Positions 18,157 to 27,021 of a stretch of DNA of 64,000 nt are shown in pieces. The notes below the pieces were generated by a model. It was not told the origin of the DNA. It made no database searches and saw only the letters and a program-made list of their open reading frames with translations. Source of the stretch: a virus; IMG/VR virus record IMGVR_UViG_3300046008_000478, positions 1 to 64,000 of that record; one strand, written 5' to 3'. The number at the start of each line of letters is the position of its first letter. The first letter of the stretch is position 1. Both the position numbers and the translations under genes were made by a program.

Positions 18157-18593
18157 CGGTAATCGCGTGGGATGGTCGCACCCTGGCGGCCGACAAAATG
18201 GCTGTCACCGGAATTACCAAAGGCTCGGTGAAGAAGATTTTTTACCATGGTGGTGAATTGCTGGGGGTCACTGGGAACCTGTCCATCGGCATGGAAGTGA
18301 TGCGGTGGTACACGGACGGGGCGGACCCGGGCAAGTTCCCCGCCTCCAACCGAAACCTCAATGAGGGATCCAGCCTGATTCGGATTGACAAGGATTGCAA
18401 GGTTTGGAAATACGAGAGCTCCCCGATCCCATTCAGGGTGGAGGGCGACCGATGCGCCTTTGGATCTGGAGATGAGGCAGCCCTGGTTGCCATGGAGATG
18501 GGTGCGGATGCGCGCCGGGCAGTGGAGCTGGCGTCCATGTTCAACACCACCTGCGGCGGCGGGTGCGACGCAATTGATTGGCCTTTGAAGTGA
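18153..18593 (+). CDS. Ntn-hydrolase / proteasome-subunit-like peptidase
   Basis: M-T-VIAWDG..LAAD N-terminal Thr; AFGSG...AM..GA.A..AV..A. Confidence 0.75.
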   Translation: MTVIAWDGRTLAADKMAVTGITKGSVKKIFYHGGELLGVTGNLSIGMEVMRWYTDGADPGKFPASNRNLNEGSSLIRIDKDCKVWKYESSPIPFRVEGDRCAFGSGDEAALVAMEMGADARRAVELASMFNTTCGGGCDAIDWPLK

Positions 18594-18600
18594 GTACAGC

Positions 18601-19050
18601 ATGACCGAAGAAATGATGAATGCGGAGTTCGTCCGTATTTTGGCTGGTACGCAGGGCGACGTCGTAGGGGGAGCTTTGAAAGAGTGCCTGTTATCCGGGT
18701 TCGCAGCCGTCAGCTACACGATGACGGATGACGGGGTTAAGGTCTCACGCATCGACCCAGCCAGTATACAGGCTGAGACTCCACCTGCTACAAAAACGAT
18801 AGCTGCAACCTCACATCCCACATGGGCTAGACACCCATTGGTGCGTAGCGACCGGTATGGCTGCTTCAATCGAAGCGCGTTCGCTCAGGATCACGCCATG
18901 ACCAAGGATGGCCCACCGATCTACCTTCCAGCTTTTGGCCAGCCGACGTGCCAGTTCACCAAGACCGACCTTGGCCAGGTGGATCCACGCTGCACCGAAT
19001 GCAAGCACAAGACAAAACCCAACGGAGAAAAGCATGATGAAGTTCATTGA
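18601..19050 (+). CDS. Hypothetical protein
   Basis: C-terminal YGCFNR...CQF...DPRCTEC. Confidence 0.55.
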   Translation: MTEEMMNAEFVRILAGTQGDVVGGALKECLLSGFAAVSYTMTDDGVKVSRIDPASIQAETPPATKTIAATSHPTWARHPLVRSDRYGCFNRSAFAQDHAMTKDGPPIYLPAFGQPTCQFTKTDLGQVDPRCTECKHKTKPNGEKHDEVH

Positions 19051-19636
19051 TGGGGCGCTGGCCCTGGTGGGGTTGGGCCGGATGGCTGACATGGTGGCTT
19101 GGACAAAGCTGATGCGATCGCGGGTGGCAAGGCTGACCGAGCAGCGCGACGCCTTCGAGGAAAAGGCCTATGACCTCCATTTCCGCTGCGAGCACAGCAA
19201 GGAAGTCATGAAGGCGGAGTGCGAGATGGCCATGCAGGCTGCGCGCGACATGCATCTCCAGACCCTGGATAGCCTCCGGATCCATGCGACCTCAGAGATG
19301 CTGCGAATCCATAATGAGTACGCCAAGCGCGGGTTGGACAAGCGGTCCATGGATGTGCAGGCGGCCGTGCAGCTGGAGATGGATGGTCTCCGGGTGGACC
19401 TGGAGCGGGAGCTGGCGGAGCACAGGGCGTCAAATGATCGAGTGAAGATCAAGCTGCTGGAGACCGAGAAGAGCTACAGCCAGCTCCGGGAGTCCTATCA
19501 AACAGCGCGCAAGAAGGCTGACATGCTTGAGGCGCGAGAGGGGTCTTGGCAGAAACTGCACGGGGAAGCGGTGCGAGAGCGCAATACAGCAATGAGCGCC
19601 CTGGAAAATAGTTTGAAAAATACTGCAAATACTTGA
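19034..19636 (+). CDS. Coiled-coil hypothetical protein
   Basis: GGAG RBS; helical composition. Confidence 0.55.
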   Translation: MMKFIDGALALVGLGRMADMVAWTKLMRSRVARLTEQRDAFEEKAYDLHFRCEHSKEVMKAECEMAMQAARDMHLQTLDSLRIHATSEMLRIHNEYAKRGLDKRSMDVQAAVQLEMDGLRVDLERELAEHRASNDRVKIKLLETEKSYSQLRESYQTARKKADMLEAREGSWQKLHGEAVRERNTAMSALENSLKNTANT

Positions 19637-19734
19637 CACAAATCTTTTGCGCACCGTTATATTCAATGCAGCAATAAAGCCGGAGAGACACCACCGGCAC
19701 AACAAATAGCGGCACCTTTGATGGAAAGCCGCCT
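19633..19734 (+). promoter_or_regulatory. Late promoter 1 with conserved leader hairpin
   Basis: TTGACA-19nt-TATATT, then 45-nt element repeated at 44086. Confidence 0.65.
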
Positions 19735-19745
19735 TTGAAATTTAT

Positions 19746-20305
19746 TGCTGTCCATCCGCATGGTATTCACAAGATGCCAGCCGAATGGGTAGCTCAACCG
19801 GTAGAGCAGCTGAGGAAACTTGGCCTGTTGCGGGATCGTACCCCGCTCCATTGGTCGGTCGTCAAGGGGAGTTGCAGGAAACTGTAATACGACACCCACC
19901 GGGTTGCTTAAAACGCATATCCGGCCACTCTGGGCCTAGACCGGGCGGTTAGATCCGACCAGCAGCACCCCTGAAAGCGGGGAGCACCAATTTCGACTCT
20001 GGAGATACCGCCTACAGCCGGTGAAAGTCCCGGCAATCAGAGTCAGTCAGTTTGGGTTAAGCGCAAAGGATGCCGCCGTAAAGGAGGTCACACTGGCGCA
20101 GGGTTGGGGTCACCCGGCCGCCCGAAGACATTTACCCAGTGCTGCAGCATGTGGGTGGACGAGCCGCCATCGTAAGGGCGGAGTAGGGGCCGACAGTCGA
20201 AACTTGAACTTAACAGATGCCAGCTTGGGGCATGGTCGGAAACACAAGACGCGCAGGGGGTAGCCCTGACAAACATCTGGGTGTAAGCCCCGGAGCCAAA
20301 TACCA
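19746..20305 (+). ncRNA. Cluster of tRNA-mimicking ncRNAs
   Basis: Cloverleaf 19781-19858 with GAAA tetraloop in place of anticodon; T-arm-like hairpins followed by ACCA at 19986-89 and 20302-05. Confidence 0.6.
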
Positions 20306-20333
20306 AAAGCCACCCTAACCCGGTGGCTTTTTT
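20305..20333 (+). terminator. Intrinsic terminator closing ncRNA cluster
   Basis: AAAAGCCACC-loop-GGTGGCTTTTTT. Confidence 0.8.
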
Positions 20334-20427
20334 GTTTCAGCCGTCCGTAGAGTAGTCCAACCACTTTGTGATCACACAAGGGACTTGATCTCGGGCGGCG
20401 ATTTTTCTCCCTGGTCGCAAGACCTTT

Positions 20428-20452
20428 GCCTCGCTGCACGCGGGGCTTTTTT
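20428..20452 (+). terminator. Second intrinsic terminator upstream of packaging genes
   Basis: GCCTCGC-TGCAC-GCGGGGC-T6. Confidence 0.6.
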
Positions 20453-20463
20453 ACATCTGAACC

Positions 20464-20670
20464 ATGAACATCACACAAACTTGGGAGGAGCTTGGCGTCA
20501 AGCGCCCAGAGCGAGGTGATCACCCACACATGGATCCGCGCCAGGCAGCCGAAGAGTCAATGAAGAACTGCAGAGCATTGATTGTGGATTTGATCCACGC
20601 CGGGCGACTTCCTGCTCCTCCAATGGGCAAGAGCTACATCCCAGGAGCAGACGGGGTGAGGCTGGCATGA
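20464..20670 (+). CDS. Hypothetical protein
   Basis: ATGA-coupled to terS. Confidence 0.55.
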   Translation: MNITQTWEELGVKRPERGDHPHMDPRQAAEESMKNCRALIVDLIHAGRLPAPPMGKSYIPGADGVRLA

Positions 20671-21299
20671 GCGACGTAAAGAAGACTGCAGACTGGGAGC
20701 TGATCGAGCGGCATTACCGCGCCGGCATCCTTTCACTGCGCCAGACAGCCACAGAGGGCGGAGTCACTGAGAGTGCTATTCGCAAGCGAGCCAAGCGTGA
20801 TGGATGGTCTCGCAACCTCAAGGCGAAGATCCAGAATCGCGCCGAAGAGCTGGTGCGCAAATCAGAGGTGCGCAAAGTTAGTGCGCAAGCCCGCGCACTT
20901 CCGGAAAAAGAGATCATTGAGGTCAATGCCCAGGCAGTTGCCACGGTTCTGATCGTGCAGAAGGGCAGCATCAAGCGCATGCACTCATTGGCTGAGAAGC
21001 TGATGGATGAGCTGGAAGCCACGACTGACAACAAGGAGCTGTTCATCCAACTGGGTGAGCTGCTTGATACGTCGGGTCCGGATGAGAATGGCAAGGACCG
21101 CAAGGACTTGATGAATGAGATCTACCGCAAGGTCATCTCGATGGGCGGACGCATTGACTCTGCCAAGAAGCTGGCCGAGATCCTGGAGAAGGTCGTCAAG
21201 CTGGAGCGCGAGGCGTTCGGCATTGAGAACACTGAGAAGCAGGCCAGCCCAATTGATGAGCTGCTGCTGAGAATTGCCCGTGAGCGAAGCGGCCCGTGA
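20667..21299 (+). CDS. Terminase small subunit
   Basis: DWELIERHYRAG.LSLRQ...AIRKRAKRDGW.R HTH; LEREAFGI; upstream of terL. Confidence 0.82.
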   Translation: MSDVKKTADWELIERHYRAGILSLRQTATEGGVTESAIRKRAKRDGWSRNLKAKIQNRAEELVRKSEVRKVSAQARALPEKEIIEVNAQAVATVLIVQKGSIKRMHSLAEKLMDELEATTDNKELFIQLGELLDTSGPDENGKDRKDLMNEIYRKVISMGGRIDSAKKLAEILEKVVKLEREAFGIENTEKQASPIDELLLRIARERSGP

Positions 21300-22803
21300 G
21301 TTCGCCATCCAGGAGGTCATGGACTCCCTGGAGGTCCACGCTGCGTACTGCGCGAAGATCAAGGACAAAGGAGGGAAGCTAGTCCCCTTCCTGTTCAACA
21401 AGGCGCAGCACTACGTGCATGAGCGACTTGAGGCGCAGTGCAAGGAGACCGGCAAGGTTCGCGCGCTGATCCTGAAGGGCCGCCAGCAAGGTATCTCCAC
21501 TTACATCAGTGAGCGGTTCTACCAACGTGTGAGCACCAGGATCGGCCAGAGCGCGTTCATCGTGGCGCACGAGGACAAGGCCACCAAGAATCTGTTTGAG
21601 ATGGCCAAGCGGTACAACGACCACAACCCGTTGGCACCGAGCACCAAGGCATCGAACGCGCTGGAGCTGGTCTTTGGCGCACTGGATGCAGGCTATAAGA
21701 CGGCGACCGCGGGATCCAAGGACGTTGGCCGGTCCAACACGGCGCAGCTGCTGCACGGCTCTGAGTTCGCCTTTTGGGCCAACGCACAGAGTCACCTGGC
21801 TGGATTGGGTAACACGATTGCGGACATGCCTGGCACGGAGATCGTGCTGGAGTCCACTGGTAACGGAGTAGGTAACGCCTTCCACTTGATGTGGCAGGAG
21901 GCCGAAGCGGGCCGCGGCGAGTTCATTGCGATCTTTGTGCCGTGGTACTGGCAAGAGGAGTACACCGCACCGATCAAGCCGGACTTGATGCTGACGGCGG
22001 AAGACCAGAAGTACCAGCTTGCATACAGCCTGACGCTTGGCCAGATGCAGTGGCGAGCCAACAAGATTGCGACGTACGGCCAGGGATTCGAGTGGCTATT
22101 CGATCAGGAGTATCCAGCGACCGCCGCTTTGGCGTTCCAGAGCTCCACGGTGAATCCGTTGATCAGCCCGCACGATGTGATGGCCGCGGTCAACAGCAAG
22201 TACCTGGAGATGAATGCGCCGCTGGTGATCGGTTGCGACCCAGCAGGCGACGGTGTCAATGATGCCGACCGCACAGCAATTGCTTTCCGTCGTGGCCGCG
22301 TGTGCTTCCGCTTGGAGTACCACCAGGGCCTGAACACGATGCAGATTGCCGGCAAGCTGGCTGAATACTGGCGCGACTTTGAGCCTGATGGGCTGTTCGT
22401 GGACAAGGGCGGCCTTGGTGCTGGCATCTACGACCGGTTGATCGAGCTGAACATCCCGGCGCTTGGCATCAACAGCGCGACTGTGGCCAATGACCCAGAG
22501 CGCTACGAGAACAAGCGCGCCGAGATGTGGTGGACGATGAAGGAGTGGTTTGAGGATTCACCTTGCCGCATCCCGAATGACGCCGCATTGATCAGTGATG
22601 TGACCGCTCCGCAGCCCAAGGTGAGCTCCAACGGTCGCAAGCTGCTGGAGAAAAAAGAAGACATGAAGAAGCGCCAGGTTCGCTCACCAGATGGTGGCGA
22701 TGCACTGGCCTTGACGTTCGCCGTGCCTGTTGCTTACCGCGACAACCACACCGGTGGGCCTGTGCAAACAAGCAAATCGGCTGCCACCAGCGCAGGATAT
22801 TGA
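21280..22803 (+). CDS. terL: Terminase large subunit
   Basis: ILKGRQQGIST Walker A, LHGSEFAFW, ESTGNG, GCDPA nuclease, RSPDGGDALALTF. Confidence 0.95.
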   Translation: MSEAAREFAIQEVMDSLEVHAAYCAKIKDKGGKLVPFLFNKAQHYVHERLEAQCKETGKVRALILKGRQQGISTYISERFYQRVSTRIGQSAFIVAHEDKATKNLFEMAKRYNDHNPLAPSTKASNALELVFGALDAGYKTATAGSKDVGRSNTAQLLHGSEFAFWANAQSHLAGLGNTIADMPGTEIVLESTGNGVGNAFHLMWQEAEAGRGEFIAIFVPWYWQEEYTAPIKPDLMLTAEDQKYQLAYSLTLGQMQWRANKIATYGQGFEWLFDQEYPATAALAFQSSTVNPLISPHDVMAAVNSKYLEMNAPLVIGCDPAGDGVNDADRTAIAFRRGRVCFRLEYHQGLNTMQIAGKLAEYWRDFEPDGLFVDKGGLGAGIYDRLIELNIPALGINSATVANDPERYENKRAEMWWTMKEWFEDSPCRIPNDAALISDVTAPQPKVSSNGRKLLEKKEDMKKRQVRSPDGGDALALTFAVPVAYRDNHTGGPVQTSKSAATSAGY

Positions 22804-22804
22804 T

Positions 22805-22963
22805 ATGGACGGACCAGTTACCGCGGACATGATGAAAAGCCAAGCCGATGAATACGCAAACGCACACGCCAGCATGGATGCCCATGAAGGCGACAGCGCG
22901 CAACTGATGGCCCTTCAGCAACAGCTCCAGCAAGTCGAGTCACAACTGGCAGGCATGCAATGA
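22805..22963 (+). CDS. Hypothetical protein
   Basis: AGGA RBS; coupled. Confidence 0.45.
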   Translation: MDGPVTADMMKSQADEYANAHASMDAHEGDSAQLMALQQQLQQVESQLAGMQ

Positions 22964-23613
22964 GCGGGTTCCTGGATGAGTTGTTCTCTGCGAAGCACAT
23001 TGGATCGGGCGGCCTCACGCTTATCAATGACCAGGCGCTGCGTGCACTTGGGCAAGACGAGAACACAACGCTTGGCGCATTGAACGAAGGCATGAAGCAC
23101 GGTCCGCTAGAGGAAAGCATTACAAAGGGTCGTCCGGTTACCACCAACGAAGCCCTCAACGAGCGGAACAAAAACCTGGACCGAGACAAGAGCGGGAACG
23201 CAAAGACCGTTGCAGGTATCGCTGGCATTGTTGGTGCAGCTTTCGGTGGCGCAGCACTTGCTGGAGGTTCTGCTGGAGGTGCAGGCGCTGCGGGCGGCAG
23301 TGAGGCTGGAGCTGGGTCCGTCGCTGCTGAGGGATCTGCCGATGCATTCGCTGCTGAAGCAGCTGGCGGCGCGGATGTCAGTGGTGCAGCAAGCGGCGCT
23401 CCAGCTGAGGGATCTGCCGATGCATTCGCAGAGACCGCCAAAGGCGCCAAGTCTGGCAATTCTTTGGGTGACTGGGGTGACCTGATGTCGCAAGGCAGTC
23501 CGTCAAGCAACAAGCCCGACAACAGCGCGCAAAAGCAATCACTTCAAGCGCAGGCAGATTCCCTGCGTTCGCAAATAGCTGCATTACAGGCCCGCATGTC
23601 CGGGTCGAATTAA
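22960..23613 (+). CDS. G/A-rich hypothetical (possible virion) protein
   Basis: Hydrophobic Gly-rich segment; duplicated AEGSADAFA. Confidence 0.6.
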   Translation: MSGFLDELFSAKHIGSGGLTLINDQALRALGQDENTTLGALNEGMKHGPLEESITKGRPVTTNEALNERNKNLDRDKSGNAKTVAGIAGIVGAAFGGAALAGGSAGGAGAAGGSEAGAGSVAAEGSADAFAAEAAGGADVSGAASGAPAEGSADAFAETAKGAKSGNSLGDWGDLMSQGSPSSNKPDNSAQKQSLQAQADSLRSQIAALQARMSGSN

Positions 23614-23622
23614 GGAAACAAC

Positions 23623-24201
23623 ATGGCTACCACGCAAGAACAATTGGACCAGGATAAGGCTGAGTTTGACGCTGAGTTCGCAAATGACGCACTGGAAGAG
23701 GCGAACAACCGCGAGCAAGACGACCAGGAAGATGCCGAGGATGATGCGGAAGACGGCCGTGTCGCAGCCAAGGATTCCATGGGTGGAGGCGAGTCGATCG
23801 AAGGATCTGATGACGCCGCAGATAGTGATGAGGTCGCGCAGCCAGCAGTGAATGCTGTGATTGCTTCGGCCCGCATGGCAGGCGATGAGCAGTCCAAAGC
23901 TTTCACCGAGGCATTCAAGTCTGAGGCCCCAATGCTGCCTGAGCCCAAGGCGCCAACATTCAAAGAGGCCTTTGCTTCAGCACGCAAGGGCGGCGAGAAG
24001 GTTTTCGAGTGGCAAGGCAAGAAGTACACCACCGAGATGGCCAAGCCCAAAGCTGCGCCAGTAGTGGCCGCCAAGATGGATGGCCCGGCGCATGAGACTG
24101 CAGCCGTTGTTGCTAAGCCCGCTCAAGGCGACCTCAAAGGTGCATCAAGCCTGGCTGAAGCCATGGCCGGCGCCAAGCACACGGGCATGGGCAGCAAATG
24201 A
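23623..24201 (+). CDS. Acidic hypothetical protein
   Basis: TFKEAFASARKGGEKVFEWQGKKYTT motif recurrent in phage proteins; TAAGGA RBS. Confidence 0.65.
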   Translation: MATTQEQLDQDKAEFDAEFANDALEEANNREQDDQEDAEDDAEDGRVAAKDSMGGGESIEGSDDAADSDEVAQPAVNAVIASARMAGDEQSKAFTEAFKSEAPMLPEPKAPTFKEAFASARKGGEKVFEWQGKKYTTEMAKPKAAPVVAAKMDGPAHETAAVVAKPAQGDLKGASSLAEAMAGAKHTGMGSK

Positions 24202-26525
24202 GCGAAGATCTGCAGTACGCGCTGGCAGCCAAGGAGGCGTTCGCCAATGATGGGGAGCAAGTCGTCCTGGGCGCCTTGGGAGCGCGGCTGCTGATGGAGT
24301 TCGCCAAGGCGGAGTCTGACCGCCGGTTGACCGAGGAGCGCTGGCTCAGCGACTTGCGTCAGTACCGCGGCCAATATGACCCCGAAGTGCTCGCCGCTAT
24401 CGGCTTGAAGCGCTCGCGTGCGTTTGTTCGCAAGACCCGCGTCAAGGTCAAGACAGTCAACAGCCGGGTGGAGGACTTGTTGTTCCCATCGGGCAGCGAA
24501 AAGAACTGGGAAATCGGCAGCAGCCCCGTGCCAAGCGTGTCCAAAGAGGAGCGCAACGCAGTAGGGCGCAACTTGATGCAGATGGCCGAGCAGGCCGCGC
24601 AACAGGCTATTGCCCAGGCGCAAGCCCAGGGTCAGCAGTTGCCACCACAACAGCCCGCCAAGATCACCAAAGACATGGTGGACAAGGCTGTGGCTGCGAT
24701 CTGCAAAGAGTCCGCCAAGAAGATGGCCAAGGTCATCGATGACCAGCTGACTGAGGTGCGTTACAAGGCGACTTGCAAGCAGGCGATTCACTCCGCCCAC
24801 CTGTACGGCACTGGGATCATCAAGGGCCCGCTGGTCGAGCGCCGGGTGCGCTCCAAGTACCAGAACGTGAATGGCAAGTGGGTTGAGAAGAGTGAGACCT
24901 ACGTGGTCCCGTTCGTGGACTACGTGCCAATCTGGCGCTTCTACCCTGACATGTCAGCAGACACGCTGGACAAGTGCCGCTACGTTTACGAGCGCCACCA
25001 GATGACGCATGCCGATCTGGCTGAGTTGGCTGAGCGCAAGTCGTTCAACAAGACGCAGATCATTGAGTACCTGAAGTCCAATCCCAATGGTCAGGTGACG
25101 ATCAAGTACATCGACAACCAGCTCAAGATCATTGGCGATCGCAATGCCAACCAGGGCGCAGTGGATGGCCGCTACGAGGTGCTGGAGCGATGGGGTTGGC
25201 TGACTGGCAAGGATCTGCACGATGTTGGCGTGAAGGTCGATGAGGCTCGCCACCATGAGAGTTTCTTTGGTAACGTGTGGATCCTGCCCAATGGCTCCGT
25301 GATCAAGGCTGTCTTGCAGCCTATCAATGGCGTGACCTGGCCGTACCACATGTACTACTTCGACAAGGATGAGACGAACATCTTTGGCGATGGCTTGGGT
25401 ACTGTGCTGCGTGACGACCAGACCATGCTGAATGCAGCGACCCGGCTGATGCTGGACAACGCGGCGATCTCCTCCGGTCCCATGATCGAGGTGGCCACCG
25501 GGCTGCTGAGCCGCCTGGATTCCGGCACTGAGATTGAGCCATGGAAAGTGTTCTACCGCAACGCAACTGCACCCGGAACACCCGCGGTGCGCGCCATCGA
25601 GCTGCCCACGCGGCTGGGTGACTTGTCTGGCCTGGCTGACCGCTTCGAGAACAATGCCGATGAGGTGTCGGCTGTGCCGCGCTACATGTCAGGCGAGAAC
25701 ATGAACAATGGCGCCGCGGCGACCAAGGGCGGCCTGTCCATGCTGATGGGTGCTGCCAACATCATGATCAAGGATTTGATCAGCTCCTGGGATGAGGGTG
25801 TGACCCGGCCGTTCATTGCGGCGCTGTACCGCTGGAACATGCAGTTCAACCCGGACAATTCGATCAAGGGTGACTACGACGTGAAGGCGCGTGGATCTGC
25901 AAGCCTGGTGGCGCGCGAGGTGCGTGCAGCCCAGCTGGATAACTTCTCCCAAATGACGGCCAATCCATTGGATGCGCCATTCATCAAGCGTGATGCATTG
26001 CTGCGCCAGCGGGCTGAAGCCAATGAGCTGAGCGACGTGGTGAAGACCGAAGACGAGGTCATGGCCGAGCAAAATAACCAACTGGCAGCAGCTCAGTCGC
26101 AGCTCCAGCAGGCGCAGCAAAAACTGATGCTTGATGAGCTGACGCAAAAGGTAGCCTTGCTGACCGCCAACGCAGCCAAGGCCATGGCCGAGGTCGAACT
26201 GATTCGTGCCAAAGTGGTCGAGACCAAGGTGGCCGGCGTCTACGCTGCGCTGCAGGCAGGCGGTGTTGCCACTGGCAGCCCACACATTGCTCCAGCCGGT
26301 GATGAGATTCTGCGCAGCTCAGGCTGGGTGGATGCAACACCGGACCCAACGATTGCCCAGCTGGCTGGTCCACAGGTGCAAGGTCAACAGATGCCGCAGG
26401 ATGGAAACCCCATGCTGCCTGACCAGGCCAATGTACCAGCCATGGAGCAACCTCAAACGCCCAACCTGCAGCCGCAGACTGGTGGAGTTGGCTTGCATGC
26501 CGGCATTGAGACGCAGGAAGTCTGA
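24198..26525 (+). CDS. Portal protein
   Basis: 775 aa; YGTGIIKGP, FYPD, G.G....RDDQ..LNA..R..LDNA..S.GP; position after terL. Confidence 0.88.
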   Translation: MSEDLQYALAAKEAFANDGEQVVLGALGARLLMEFAKAESDRRLTEERWLSDLRQYRGQYDPEVLAAIGLKRSRAFVRKTRVKVKTVNSRVEDLLFPSGSEKNWEIGSSPVPSVSKEERNAVGRNLMQMAEQAAQQAIAQAQAQGQQLPPQQPAKITKDMVDKAVAAICKESAKKMAKVIDDQLTEVRYKATCKQAIHSAHLYGTGIIKGPLVERRVRSKYQNVNGKWVEKSETYVVPFVDYVPIWRFYPDMSADTLDKCRYVYERHQMTHADLAELAERKSFNKTQIIEYLKSNPNGQVTIKYIDNQLKIIGDRNANQGAVDGRYEVLERWGWLTGKDLHDVGVKVDEARHHESFFGNVWILPNGSVIKAVLQPINGVTWPYHMYYFDKDETNIFGDGLGTVLRDDQTMLNAATRLMLDNAAISSGPMIEVATGLLSRLDSGTEIEPWKVFYRNATAPGTPAVRAIELPTRLGDLSGLADRFENNADEVSAVPRYMSGENMNNGAAATKGGLSMLMGAANIMIKDLISSWDEGVTRPFIAALYRWNMQFNPDNSIKGDYDVKARGSASLVAREVRAAQLDNFSQMTANPLDAPFIKRDALLRQRAEANELSDVVKTEDEVMAEQNNQLAAAQSQLQQAQQKLMLDELTQKVALLTANAAKAMAEVELIRAKVVETKVAGVYAALQAGGVATGSPHIAPAGDEILRSSGWVDATPDPTIAQLAGPQVQGQQMPQDGNPMLPDQANVPAMEQPQTPNLQPQTGGVGLHAGIETQEV

Positions 26526-26776
26526 TGTCCCACCTTGATATTTCCCAGCGTGCCCACGCCTCCTTGCTTGATTCCTGCAAGGCGGTTCGAGCCTATGCGG
26601 ATTCTGAATTGTCCAAGCATGCCATTGACATGCTGGACGCCCTGGCCGCCGGCTACTGCGTGGACTTGATCCATGTGCAGCCCGAAGGACTAGTGAGATT
26701 GCAATCAGCGCTACAGCAGGTGTCTGCGCTGCGCGACGTATTTGCCAATGATGGCGCCGATATTCCAAAGATTTAA
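26525..26776 (+). CDS. Hypothetical protein downstream of portal
   Basis: Coupled ORF. Confidence 0.65.
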   Translation: MSHLDISQRAHASLLDSCKAVRAYADSELSKHAIDMLDALAAGYCVDLIHVQPEGLVRLQSALQQVSALRDVFANDGADIPKI

Positions 26777-26785
26777 GGACTCACC

Positions 26786-27019
26786 ATGAGCGACGCAACA
26801 CTGATTCCATCCAACTACGCCAACGTGACACCTAGCAATACAACACCCGTGAGCGCGAGCCTGGGCTTATACATCGGGGTCTCTGGATCGGTTGTGGTGA
26901 TGGGTGCTAATGGCGTCCAGGCGACCTTCCAGGCGCTTGCTGGGCAATACCTGAGTGGCAAGTTCTACAAGGTAATGGCGGCCACCACGGCGTCATCCAT
27001 CGTGGCTCTTTACGCCTGA
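26786..27019 (+). CDS. Small virion protein (spike/fibre base-like)
   Basis: VTPSN...LYIGVSG.V.V...KVMA..T.A..IVALY. Confidence 0.65.
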   Translation: MSDATLIPSNYANVTPSNTTPVSASLGLYIGVSGSVVVMGANGVQATFQALAGQYLSGKFYKVMAATTASSIVALYA

Positions 27020-27021
27020 TC

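Noticed and set aside
19781-19858. Functional tRNA gene
   Set aside because: No 7-nt anticodon loop (GAAA tetraloop instead) and no CCA; reported as a mimic
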